Shown: positions 30,026 through 39,138, counted from the first letter of the stretch. The stretch is 64,000 nt of DNA from an uncultured virus (IMG/VR IMGVR_UViG_3300044701_001189) (IMGVR_UViG_3300044701_001189), one strand, 5' to 3'. Notes: generated from the sequence alone by a model not told the origin. Program-made: numbers and translations.

Positions 30026-31843
30026 ATGGCAGTAAGACACGGATACGGAAAGATAGCAGGAGCAGATGCATTAGTATTTGCATATGATACCGGTGATACT
30101 AGGAATAGTTATAAGGGTGAGCCTACGATTAACATAGTTACTAATCCTACATTTATAGGTACATCTGGAACTCAAACTCATGGTGTTAGTACAAACTGGT
30201 ATTTTAGTGGTGAAACAGGTGCTACAGGATTTAAGTATTATAATTCTTCTACCTCTCCTATACCTTTAAAGTTTCCAGGAGAAGGTGCAGTTATTACAAC
30301 AGGAGCTGGAGCAAACAATAGAAGAATCTATTATAATGGAACAGTAGAACCTAATACAACCTATACTTTAAGTTACTGGTTTTATAGCAGCAGTTTTGGA
30401 TCAATATCAAATTACTTTTTTACATACAAGGCAGACGGAACTGGAACCACAAGTCCAGCTTATAGTCAAGGTTTTACAACTGGACAGTGGGTATTTATAC
30501 AGCAATCTTTCACGACACCGGCAGACACAGGTAATACACGACAAGTAAACTGGGGTCCTGTTATATCAGGAAGTACTAATTCTCTGTTTGCTATGCAAAG
30601 ATTCCAGATTGAAGCAAAATCACACGCTACCCAATTTGTAAACGGTACCCGCTCTAGCACACAAGGTTTAGTAGACTTAACAGGAAATAGTTCTATTGAT
30701 TTAGCTAATGTATCATTTGATGCAACTGCACAAGTAACATGGGACGGTACTAATGACTACATTTCAATGACCGGGTTTACTCAGCCGGTTGATCCTAATA
30801 TTTATAGTGTAGAAGCAGTAGTAAAATTATATGCTCATAACCCAGGTACAAATATTGGAAGTGTTATTGTAAATAATTACAGCGCTTTATATGGTTGGAT
30901 TTTTTATTTAAAGGGCCCCTTTTCTTACTTAGGAATTAGACATCATGATGGAGGTTCGGGTGGTTATGATTTAGTTTATGGAACTGCTATTAATCTTAAT
31001 AACTTTTACCATATAGTAGCTACTGACGACAAAACAACAGTACGTTTATACATTAACGGAATACAGGTAGCTAGTCGTAGTAGTGCAACCGCATTAAATT
31101 ATTCCGGACAACCATTAATTGGACAATTTGGGGGTAATAATGCGGTTACCAATGGTGATATACCGATAGTAAAAATTTACAACCGATCATTAACTGCAGC
31201 AGAGGTTCAAGCAAATTTTAAAAACTATAGAAAACGTTTTGAAGGATTAGATTACTATTATGATAATACTACAGATGGTGGTAGATGGATTAGATTTTGG
31301 TGGTATACTGGAGTAGGTTGGCCTGGTCATGAAACAGAAGCTTTTGGTCATGATTTTGGAACTTTTGATTCTAGTAGCCATTATGGTTTTCAAAAACTAC
31401 CGGCAGGTCTTACTAAGAGTCAAGTAGAACTTCTTGCAAAAGACAGTAGTGGTAATATTTATAAATGGGATTTTGCAAATGCTTCTTCTACTGCACAAAG
31501 AGTTTGGGACTCAATGACTGCTGGTACAAAGGGTGCATGGGCAGAGGGTGGCGCCTTTAACCCAACTGTTATTGCTGGAGCATTTCATGGAGTACAACAA
31601 GATAGTTGGCAGTATCGAGTATCAGAAGGAGTTGCTTCTTTTATGTTAGATGATGATACTTGTGATTGTTATTCTACACTAAATGCTGGCCATGCAATGT
31701 GTGGTAGTAGCGGGTGGAATCAAACTTATGCTCAACCTGATGGTGCCTATCTTAGATATGGGGTAGACACACTCAATGATGGAGGATGTTTGGGTCCACT
31801 ACCTACTAGACAACTTGAACTTTATTACAGAATTAAACAATAA
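30026..31843 (+). CDS. LamG lectin protein with CBM-like insertion and fibrinogen-like C-terminal domain
   Basis: LVFAYDTG..SYKGEPTIN, WDGTNDY, LYING, IYNRSLTAAEV; tail begins YYYDNTTDGGRW, resembling YCDxxxxGGGW. Confidence 0.75.
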   Translation: MAVRHGYGKIAGADALVFAYDTGDTRNSYKGEPTINIVTNPTFIGTSGTQTHGVSTNWYFSGETGATGFKYYNSSTSPIPLKFPGEGAVITTGAGANNRRIYYNGTVEPNTTYTLSYWFYSSSFGSISNYFFTYKADGTGTTSPAYSQGFTTGQWVFIQQSFTTPADTGNTRQVNWGPVISGSTNSLFAMQRFQIEAKSHATQFVNGTRSSTQGLVDLTGNSSIDLANVSFDATAQVTWDGTNDYISMTGFTQPVDPNIYSVEAVVKLYAHNPGTNIGSVIVNNYSALYGWIFYLKGPFSYLGIRHHDGGSGGYDLVYGTAINLNNFYHIVATDDKTTVRLYINGIQVASRSSATALNYSGQPLIGQFGGNNAVTNGDIPIVKIYNRSLTAAEVQANFKNYRKRFEGLDYYYDNTTDGGRWIRFWWYTGVGWPGHETEAFGHDFGTFDSSSHYGFQKLPAGLTKSQVELLAKDSSGNIYKWDFANASSTAQRVWDSMTAGTKGAWAEGGAFNPTVIAGAFHGVQQDSWQYRVSEGVASFMLDDDTCDCYSTLNAGHAMCGSSGWNQTYAQPDGAYLRYGVDTLNDGGCLGPLPTRQLELYYRIKQ

Positions 31844-31848
31844 ACACA

Positions 31849-32202
31849 ATGAGCAGATTTCCTAACAGACGCTGGTTGATTATTTCAGCCGATGATGTAG
31901 AAAACATCAACTTTAATCAGGTACTAGAATCAGGACCTGATACACTTCGTTACTCTGTTGACGGTACTAAAACTTTTGTTAAGTATGAAGTTACCGTAGT
32001 AGAGCAAGATGAAGTACACACATTTACAGATCCAGAAACCGGAGAAGAGCAAACTACAACTGTACTTGCTGGAGTATACGGTAGACCAAGCTTTTATACA
32101 GAAGCTCTGATTGAGTATAATCACGAAGAGATTCTAGCTATTCTGGCTACTGAAGAATGGACCGCTCCGATGCTTGATACAGAAGTAGTTGCGGAAAATT
32201 AA
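31849..32202 (+). CDS. Small acidic protein, possible fibre assembly protein
   Basis: 117 aa; LRYSVDGTKTFVKY...EILAILATEEWT; follows the fibre/lectin genes. Confidence 0.45.
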   Translation: MSRFPNRRWLIISADDVENINFNQVLESGPDTLRYSVDGTKTFVKYEVTVVEQDEVHTFTDPETGEEQTTTVLAGVYGRPSFYTEALIEYNHEEILAILATEEWTAPMLDTEVVAEN

Positions 32203-32210
32203 TTTTCTTT

Positions 32211-32226
32211 GTATATTAGTAGTGTA
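32211..32226 (+). promoter_or_regulatory. Putative late promoter motif GTATATTAGTAGTGTA
   Basis: GTAWATTA copy overlapping the perfect 16-bp palindrome at 32220-32235. Confidence 0.55.
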
Positions 32227-32255
32227 ATTACACTAACAAATAAAACGTTTTAACA

Positions 32256-32618
32256 ATGGCAGTAACAGCTACAGTTGACAAGTTCGGTATGACATTTGCC
32301 GACGCTTATCACAAGATTAATAGACTTACTTATGAGTCTGTTGATTCTCAGAACTTGGTTTATGGTGAACCAGAAATTGATGAAGACGGTAACCCCGTTC
32401 CCCCTACTACTACAGTTGTATGGAGTAAGAAAGCATTCTTGAATTTTGAGGTTGCTACTTATGCTTCTGCTGCAACTCGTGAAGCACACGCTGAACCTAT
32501 TTACCGTGTTTACTACAACTTTGAAGCAGCTCTTGGTGCAGAGGAGGCAGATCTTCTTGCACAAGCTTACGGTCATCTGAAAGCTCAAGCTGGTTACGAA
32601 GACGCTGTTGACTGTTAA
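32256..32618 (+). CDS. Small protein, possible tail fibre assembly chaperone
   Basis: 120 aa; FGMTFADAYHKI...QAYGHLK...DAVDC pattern of fibre-adjacent small proteins. Confidence 0.45.
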   Translation: MAVTATVDKFGMTFADAYHKINRLTYESVDSQNLVYGEPEIDEDGNPVPPTTTVVWSKKAFLNFEVATYASAATREAHAEPIYRVYYNFEAALGAEEADLLAQAYGHLKAQAGYEDAVDC

Positions 32619-32628
32619 TTTATAGATT

Positions 32629-32898
32629 ATGTTAAAGAAGTTTTGGAACTGGTTGCTGGGTCAAACCACTATTGACGAAAAGATCGTTGCTAAAGTAGAG
32701 GAAGTAAAAGAGACTGTAGCAAAAGTTGAAGCTCGTGTTGAACGAGTAGTTGAAGAAACTAAAGACGTTGTTGAAGCGGTTAAAGAAGTAGGAGTACAAG
32801 CAACTCATGTTGCTGAGGCTGCTACTGGCAAACCACGTAAAGGACGTAAACCAGCTGCAAAAAAACCAGCAGCTAGTAAAAAAACTGAAAGCAAGTAA
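32629..32898 (+). CDS. Hypothetical protein with amphipathic N-terminus and basic tail
   Basis: 89 aa; MLKKFWNWLLG, V/E/K helical repeat, KPRKGRKPAAKKPAASKK. Confidence 0.55.
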   Translation: MLKKFWNWLLGQTTIDEKIVAKVEEVKETVAKVEARVERVVEETKDVVEAVKEVGVQATHVAEAATGKPRKGRKPAAKKPAASKKTESK

Positions 32899-32899
32899 T

Positions 32900-32907
32900 T
32901 ATATTTG
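32900..32907 (+). promoter_or_regulatory. Bacteroidota-type -7 promoter element TATATTTG
   Basis: Matches TAnnTTTG, 24 nt upstream of the 32932 start codon. Confidence 0.35.
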
Positions 32908-32931
32908 TCAAGTTACGTAACATTTTAAATT

Positions 32932-33234
32932 ATGTCTGAGAAAAACAAAATCCAACAAGAGGAACTTGAGAAAGTTCAAGGTCTAGTACAGGCCATCCGT
33001 GATTCAGAAGGAAACTTTTTTAAAGCTTCTGCCCAGCTGGTAGAAATTCAGAAAGTTCATTCTGATCTTTTTGCAGCAATGCAGAATGCAAACGGAGCAC
33101 TCCAAGCAGAAATGCAAGGTCTTAAAGAAACTTACGGTGATATCGTAATTAATCTTGAGACAGGAGAGTACGAAGAAGCACCTAAACAAGAAGAAGTTGC
33201 TGCACCTGAAATGACGGTTGTAAGACCAGAATAA
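32932..33234 (+). CDS. Small coiled-coil protein
   Basis: 100 aa, helical, with LKETYGDIVINLETGEY motif. Confidence 0.55.
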   Translation: MSEKNKIQQEELEKVQGLVQAIRDSEGNFFKASAQLVEIQKVHSDLFAAMQNANGALQAEMQGLKETYGDIVINLETGEYEEAPKQEEVAAPEMTVVRPE

Positions 33235-33257
33235 GAGCAGAACTTTCTACCTAACTG

Positions 33258-33295
33258 AATACCCTCTAGAAAAAACTAGGGGGTATTTCTTTTTT
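33258..33295 (+). terminator. Rho-independent terminator
   Basis: AATACCCTCTAG-aaaaaa-CTAGGGGGTATT followed by TCTTTTTT. Confidence 0.85.
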
Positions 33296-33308
33296 ATACA
33301 TATTATTG

Positions 33309-33324
33309 GTATATTATAGTGTAG
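33309..33324 (+). promoter_or_regulatory. Putative late promoter motif GTATATTATAGTGTAG
   Basis: GTAWATTA copy just after a terminator and upstream of 33373. Confidence 0.55.
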
Positions 33325-33372
33325 GGGTGTGGCCGTCCTTACTAAGTATTGATCAATACATTATTATAAACT

Positions 33373-35049
33373 ATGATTCCAGTAGCATCAAGCGGAAGCA
33401 CAGACGGATGTGTACCAGTATCATCCAACTGCATTATTTGGCAAGGACCGAACATTCCTTGCATTGACCTGTGCACAGGAGATTCTGTATCTGATGTAGT
33501 ATATAAACTTGCTACAGAACTTTGCAGTCTTTTAGATCAGACAAATCTTAACAATCTTGATTTGTCTTGTCTAAATCTTTCACCATCACAAACTCCTCAG
33601 GATTTTCAAGAGCTTACACAAACTATTATCGACGAGCTTTGTTCTTTAGATGGTCGTTGTACAACTCTTGAGGGTGGTTCTGGTGGTGGAGGTGGTTCTT
33701 CTACTATTAACGTTACAGTAGCTAACTGTCATATTGCAGAACTAGGAGCCGTTGAGGTAGCTGTTGACGTTTATGCTGAGTTTCTGGGTGCTAAGATTTG
33801 TGCAATTGCAACAAGCATTACCACACTACAGACTACAGTTAGTCAGCACACCACTCAAATTACAAGTCTTCAAACTCAGATTAACAATTTAGGATCTGCA
33901 ACTCTTCCTCAAGTAACGCCAACGTGTGTACTTCCTGCTGTACCTACAGATATGGATGAGGTTCTTATTGCTGTAGAGGCTCAGCTTTGCGACCTTAAAG
34001 AAGCAACTGGTGAAGCATTTGAGATTATAACAAGTACTGGCTATCAATGCGCTAACCTTACCAATCTTCCTAGACAGTCCGGTACTGGAACAATGTCAGG
34101 AATTGCCGGATGGAAAAATCCTGTAACAAATCTTGCAGACTCTGTAACAAACCTTTGGTTAACTGTTTGTGATATGAGAGCTGCATTGCAGAATGTAATT
34201 GATAACTGCTGCTCAACAGATTGCAATGATATTACTTTGGCTTTTGCTCCTTCTCTTAATGGTGCCGGTGATACGGTTACTATATCTGTTGCTGGTTCTG
34301 TTATTCCTTCTGGTTTCTTCAGCTGTAACCCTCTTGGTGCGATTCTTCAAATCACAGACACCTTTGGTGCAGTCCACACAGATTACATCAACGTTGCTAG
34401 CCTCCTTTCTACTTCTAGCAACTATACCTTATCTCTTGGTACTACTAGTCTTACTCAAGGTTCTACACTTTCTGTAAACATTCAAACTTGCTTTACTGAC
34501 GGTACTATTACTTGTGAGAACGCTTACAACTATACTCTTACAGGTACAGTTACTTGTCCTACTCTCACTTTAGATGGAACTCAAACTACAATTACTTGGG
34601 ACTTTACGCATGTTCTTGGAATTAATGTAAGTTACCAAGTTGATCTGTTGCAAAACAGTAGTGTTGTAGGAACAATGTACGTTATTAATGAACCCAACGG
34701 TGTTCAAACAGGAACGTTTACTGCTTTGAGTCCGGGTGTTGCTTATCAGGTTAGAATTACAGTTCTTGTTCCTGGAGCCACTCCTCAAGTTTGTACTCCT
34801 GCAAACATTACTACAGATTCTGCAACAGAGTACTACTGGCAAGTAAGTCCTTGTGATTCTGTAAATGCTCCTGTACCACCTAATAATGCTGTAAGAACAA
34901 CTGATCCTACAATCGGATTGAATGATGTTGTTGCTCTTACTGGTGCCGGATATCAAGGATATTGCTACACAATTACTGATGTAGGTACCTTCCCGAATGC
35001 GGTGTTGATTTCTCACCAGGTTAATGATTGTAATTCTTGTGAAGTTTAA
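33373..35049 (+). CDS. Cys-rich virion fibre-like protein (coiled coil plus Ig/FN3-like domains)
   Basis: 558 aa, 26 Cys counted; heptad segment ITTLQTTVSQHTTQITSLQTQINNL; FN3-like FTALSPGVAYQVRI. Confidence 0.6.
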   Translation: MIPVASSGSTDGCVPVSSNCIIWQGPNIPCIDLCTGDSVSDVVYKLATELCSLLDQTNLNNLDLSCLNLSPSQTPQDFQELTQTIIDELCSLDGRCTTLEGGSGGGGGSSTINVTVANCHIAELGAVEVAVDVYAEFLGAKICAIATSITTLQTTVSQHTTQITSLQTQINNLGSATLPQVTPTCVLPAVPTDMDEVLIAVEAQLCDLKEATGEAFEIITSTGYQCANLTNLPRQSGTGTMSGIAGWKNPVTNLADSVTNLWLTVCDMRAALQNVIDNCCSTDCNDITLAFAPSLNGAGDTVTISVAGSVIPSGFFSCNPLGAILQITDTFGAVHTDYINVASLLSTSSNYTLSLGTTSLTQGSTLSVNIQTCFTDGTITCENAYNYTLTGTVTCPTLTLDGTQTTITWDFTHVLGINVSYQVDLLQNSSVVGTMYVINEPNGVQTGTFTALSPGVAYQVRITVLVPGATPQVCTPANITTDSATEYYWQVSPCDSVNAPVPPNNAVRTTDPTIGLNDVVALTGAGYQGYCYTITDVGTFPNAVLISHQVNDCNSCEV

Positions 35050-35069
35050 TCTAACAACTATAAATAAAG

Positions 35070-35585
35070 ATGTCTTGTCATAATTGCGGATGTAATGATT
35101 CACATGTCTCGCTCCCAGCTAGTTATCAGCTGGGGACGAGTGCATGTCCTGGTGGTGAACGCTGTGAAGATTATATAGCTTCAGAGTGTGTTCTTTACAA
35201 TGGTGATGATCTTGTGGATTTTCCACTTGAGCACAATGAGCGTGTTGAGGTTACTTTAAAGAAACTTATTCTTTTACACCTTGATGCCGCTGCTCTTAGT
35301 GGTTCTAATGGAATTCATGCTCCCTATAATGTAGAGACGTTCTCTATAAAAGATACGGAAGCAGAGATTGAATGGGATGCAGTATCTAACGTAACAGGAT
35401 ATGAAGTAAGTATTAGAGTTGGCGCTCTAGGTACATGGACGAATGTTACTGTAGCAAATACAGCTACAAAATATAAGTTCATTAATCTTACACCCTCTAC
35501 TCACTATCATGTTAAGGTAACAGCAAAGGGAATTAACAGTTCAAGCTTTAGTTCTTTAACCATTGCGTTTACTACTACAGCATAA
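35070..35585 (+). CDS. Cys-rich N-terminus plus fibronectin type III domain protein
   Basis: APYNV...IEWD...GYEV...FINLTPSTHYHVKVTA FN3 signature; SECVLYNG echoes SNCIIWQG of the upstream gene. Confidence 0.7.
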   Translation: MSCHNCGCNDSHVSLPASYQLGTSACPGGERCEDYIASECVLYNGDDLVDFPLEHNERVEVTLKKLILLHLDAAALSGSNGIHAPYNVETFSIKDTEAEIEWDAVSNVTGYEVSIRVGALGTWTNVTVANTATKYKFINLTPSTHYHVKVTAKGINSSSFSSLTIAFTTTA

Positions 35586-35592
35586 AGAAATA

Positions 35593-35658
35593 AGTCACGG
35601 TTTGTTGGTTTTACGTGGCTGACAAGGAGAGCCTCGGCAGAAATGTCGGGGCTTCTCT
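35593..35658 (+). ncRNA. Two-hairpin intergenic element (candidate sRNA plus terminator-like stem)
   Basis: AGTCACG-[GTTTGTTGGTTTTA]-CGTGGCT, then GCCTCGGCA-GAAA-TGTCGGGGC. Confidence 0.45.
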
Positions 35659-35717
35659 GATTTAATAATACATTAAACAAATTGCCTTATATTGGTACAA
35701 CTGTAAATCAGTAAGTT

Positions 35718-36959
35718 ATGCAACAACTAATTAAAGATGTTTTAGCTACTATTAGGGGTAAAAGATCTAATGAAGAAAGTGCTCAGAGATTAGGACTTTC
35801 ATATGAAGAATATGTTGATCTTAAGAGAGACATTCTTCTTATCAAACAAATTGTGGGTGATGATGAGGACGCTGTTTATGCAGCATATAAGAATCTATCT
35901 AAATCGGATGATTCTAAAATAGAAGCTTCTTATAATTTAGATAAAGGAGAAGCAAGATTAGAAACAACATTAAGTTATGAGCCGCAGTCTCCAGATGAGA
36001 TTATAGCGGCTCTTAAAATTGATACAACTAAGTGGAAGTTGTCTCAATACTGGAACAAGCAAAAGTCTGACAAGTGGGTAGTATCAGCATTAGTAACAAG
36101 AATTAAAGCTACAGATAGTGAAACTATTATTAACTTTCTTAAGACTTGGTCTCCAAAACCCTACAAAGGTTTTGAGTCTGCTACCAGAAATAACAAAGCT
36201 TTGGAGAGTGCAGCTGCTGTGTTATCACTACAGGATATCCATTTCGGTAAAGAAGGTAATGAAGAAATTTCAGAAGACTTTCAAAATGCGGTTATAGATC
36301 TTATAGAAAGAGCTAGCAGTGTTGCAAATCTTTCTCAAGTTTATTATGTCGTTGGTGGTGATCTTTTAAATATGGATACGTTTACTGGTACTACTACAAG
36401 TGGAACGCCAGTAGACAACAATATGAAAGCTACAGAAGCTTATAAGCAAGCTTTCGATGCATTGCTTTGGTCTATTGGATATATTAAAGAGTTTTGTGAT
36501 ACACTGCACATTGTATATATACCAGGCAATCATGATAGACTAAGCTCATATCATTTAGCTCATGCCCTTTCAAAAGCTGTACAACATGACGATATTATTT
36601 GGCACGTTGAGTATGAAGAAAGAAAAGTCTTTACTTATGGTACAAACTTCTTTGCATTTGAACATGGTGATGTAAATACAAAGAATTCTTTGCTTGTTTA
36701 TGCTACTGAGTTTTCATATGATTGGGGCTGCACTGTATATAGAACACTATATACAGGACACCTTCATACTAAGAAGAGAATTGAGTACATAACAGAAGAT
36801 GAGCAGACTGGATTCATGCTAAAGATTCTGCCTTCATTATCTAGAACGGACTATTGGCACTACCATAATAAGTATGTTGGAAACCGTAGAGCGGGTGTAA
36901 TTGATATCCATGATCCTAATAAAGGTTTAATATGTGAGCTTGTCTGCATTTTAGACTAG
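35718..36959 (+). CDS. Calcineurin-like metallophosphoesterase with N-terminal extension
   Basis: Metal-binding motifs in order: DIHFG, GGDLLN, PGNHD, EHGD, TGHLH. Confidence 0.85.
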   Translation: MQQLIKDVLATIRGKRSNEESAQRLGLSYEEYVDLKRDILLIKQIVGDDEDAVYAAYKNLSKSDDSKIEASYNLDKGEARLETTLSYEPQSPDEIIAALKIDTTKWKLSQYWNKQKSDKWVVSALVTRIKATDSETIINFLKTWSPKPYKGFESATRNNKALESAAAVLSLQDIHFGKEGNEEISEDFQNAVIDLIERASSVANLSQVYYVVGGDLLNMDTFTGTTTSGTPVDNNMKATEAYKQAFDALLWSIGYIKEFCDTLHIVYIPGNHDRLSSYHLAHALSKAVQHDDIIWHVEYEERKVFTYGTNFFAFEHGDVNTKNSLLVYATEFSYDWGCTVYRTLYTGHLHTKKRIEYITEDEQTGFMLKILPSLSRTDYWHYHNKYVGNRRAGVIDIHDPNKGLICELVCILD

Positions 36960-36978
36960 TATCGCTGGTGTTTTTTTC

Positions 36979-36994
36979 GTAAATTATAATGTAC
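36979..36994 (+). promoter_or_regulatory. Putative late promoter motif GTAAATTATAATGTAC
   Basis: GTAWATTA copy upstream of 37004. Confidence 0.55.
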
Positions 36995-37003
36995 TCCACA
37001 TAA

Positions 37004-37588
37004 ATGAAAGAGTTTAAAGTACCTGACCTAAAAGCTGCAAGATATCGTTCTACAGCTTTGACGTTTGACAACGCTAAGACTCATAAAGAGTTTCAAGCTA
37101 AGTACCCACACCATTCAGATATGGAGTCACAGACGTTCTCTAAAATAATTAAAGTGTTTAACGGTTTGATTTGGCGTGCAGTTGTAGAAAATAGAGATGG
37201 TGTTCAACTTCCAGAAAGTCTTGGACATCTTTTTATTGGTACATGCCCAGCACCAAAGAAGACTAACATCAACTTTCATGCAAGTGCACAACACGGTGTA
37301 GCTGTACAGAATAGAAATTGGGAAACAGATAATAAGATTGCTAAAATCTTTTATACCAACTACTATGAAAAGTATCGTTTTGCTAATAGAGAGTTATGGA
37401 CTTTTCAAGCAGTTAGACAGTTTAAAAGAACAGTGGCAAAAGAGTATCCGGAATCATATCAACGATATGTTGTTATGAGCCCGGACTTAAGAATATCTAG
37501 TCTATATCGAAGCATATTAAAGAAGGAATACTTCCTTAAAAAAGCAGAACAACAGATAGAAGACTATGACGAGTTTAAAATAGATTGA
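37004..37588 (+). CDS. IHF/HU-like DNA-binding protein (conserved crAss-like tail-module gene)
   Basis: GVQLPESLGHLFI resembles the HU/IHF V.L..FG.F motif; basic; precedes the tail ring genes as in crAss-like phages. Confidence 0.6.
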   Translation: MKEFKVPDLKAARYRSTALTFDNAKTHKEFQAKYPHHSDMESQTFSKIIKVFNGLIWRAVVENRDGVQLPESLGHLFIGTCPAPKKTNINFHASAQHGVAVQNRNWETDNKIAKIFYTNYYEKYRFANRELWTFQAVRQFKRTVAKEYPESYQRYVVMSPDLRISSLYRSILKKEYFLKKAEQQIEDYDEFKID

Positions 37589-37589
37589 C

Positions 37590-38261
37590 ATGACAACCAT
37601 AGGTGAAGTTGTATCAAGGGTAAGAAATCAAATCAAATCGGTAAGGCAAGATGCTTTTATTACCGATAGATACCTCTATAGCCTGATACTCAAGTACACA
37701 GCGCTGTACCTTAGAAGACAAGATTCAGAGAATAAGCTGATGAAGTTTAACTCTGTTTTTCAGACTTTACCTTTTGTAGAGCTTATAGATGTAGATAAGG
37801 TAGAGGCACACTGCTCTGGAATTAAGAGTGGTATTACTATTAAGCGCACTAAGGAAAAGCTTCCAAATTTTATGCAGGGTTATTGGGGACCTATCATTAG
37901 AACTGTGAGTTCTATTGATACCTCAATTGAGCTGCAACCTACACACCCTGGTACATATACTTCTATGACCAAGACTACCAGCTTTAAGTATAACAATACT
38001 AAGTATTACTGGTTTCTTAATGGTTACTTGTATATGCCCAACATTCCATGGGATGCAATTCTTATAGAGGGCATCTTTGAAGATGATGTTACAAAGTGGA
38101 ACTGCGATCCTAAAGATGACTGTGACCCTCGTCAATCACAACCTTTTAACGTCCCTGACTTTCTCTTTGCAGAGATTGAGCAAAACGTATTAAAAGATAT
38201 CATGAGTACTGCAAGCTATCCTTCAGATGGTGAGCACAATAAACAGAACATTGCAAGATAA
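37590..38261 (+). CDS. Tail ring / tubular protein
   Basis: 223 aa; MTTIGEVVSRVR N-terminus, YYWFLNGYLY, EGIFED; gene order. Confidence 0.6.
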   Translation: MTTIGEVVSRVRNQIKSVRQDAFITDRYLYSLILKYTALYLRRQDSENKLMKFNSVFQTLPFVELIDVDKVEAHCSGIKSGITIKRTKEKLPNFMQGYWGPIIRTVSSIDTSIELQPTHPGTYTSMTKTTSFKYNNTKYYWFLNGYLYMPNIPWDAILIEGIFEDDVTKWNCDPKDDCDPRQSQPFNVPDFLFAEIEQNVLKDIMSTASYPSDGEHNKQNIAR

Positions 38262-39127
38262 TGGCACGCTACATTAACTATAGATCTTTTGATCAGCTCC
38301 TTGAGGATGTAAGTGTAGACTTTGGTAGCTACAGTCTTGAAGGAATGATTGAACCACAGCAGCTTATTAAAGTTGCTACAAGAGTTAACTACGATCTTGG
38401 TCTTAGAATACACTCTCAAAAAGAGCATTTACTAGAAATCGAGAACTATAAAGCCAAGCTTCCTTCTGATTTTTATGTTCTTAACTTTGCTTATCAGTGT
38501 GGTACCTATGAAGTAAAGGAACCAATACTAAGCGGTACAGAGATTGAGGAAAGAATTCTTGATCCAGGTGACGTAGTATTAAACGATGATGATTGTCCGG
38601 TAGATAGTTCTGTATGTATGACAGACTGTGGTAACTACTATCAGCTTATTCAGAAAACAAAGTTTGAAACCAGAGTTTACAAAACTTTTGGTTCTTTAAG
38701 AATTAAGTCTGGAAGTAGTTTGGATCCTAGCTGTCCAAATAAATATACAGGTCCTGCAGATAGTGCAGAAATTAAAGATGGGTTTTTAAGAACTCCTTTT
38801 AAAACCGGTAGTGTTTACATTAACTACCAGGGTGCAATGGAAGATGAGGATGGTAATCTATTAGTTGTAGATCATCCTATGCTTAATGAATATTATGAAT
38901 ATGCAATTAAGCAGCGCATTCTTGAAAACATGTACTTTGCCGGAGAAGACGTAGTTCAGAAAATGACACTTATTGAGCAGAGATTAAGAGCTGCTAGAAA
39001 TAATGCTTTGTCTATTGTTAATACGCCAGACTTTGCTGAAATGCGCAAACTGTGGGAGGTAAATAGAAAAGCACAATACCACAAGTATGTAAATATGTTC
39101 AAGAGTTTTCCTGTTATACAAAACTAA
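38261..39127 (+). CDS. Tail tubular protein (P22 gp4-like ring)
   Basis: 288 aa; IENYKAKLPSDF, IKDGFLRTPFKTGSVYINYQG...DEDGNLLV; immediately before the stabilisation protein. Confidence 0.65.
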   Translation: MARYINYRSFDQLLEDVSVDFGSYSLEGMIEPQQLIKVATRVNYDLGLRIHSQKEHLLEIENYKAKLPSDFYVLNFAYQCGTYEVKEPILSGTEIEERILDPGDVVLNDDDCPVDSSVCMTDCGNYYQLIQKTKFETRVYKTFGSLRIKSGSSLDPSCPNKYTGPADSAEIKDGFLRTPFKTGSVYINYQGAMEDEDGNLLVVDHPMLNEYYEYAIKQRILENMYFAGEDVVQKMTLIEQRLRAARNNALSIVNTPDFAEMRKLWEVNRKAQYHKYVNMFKSFPVIQN

Positions 39128-39138
39128 TTTTTTGAGTT

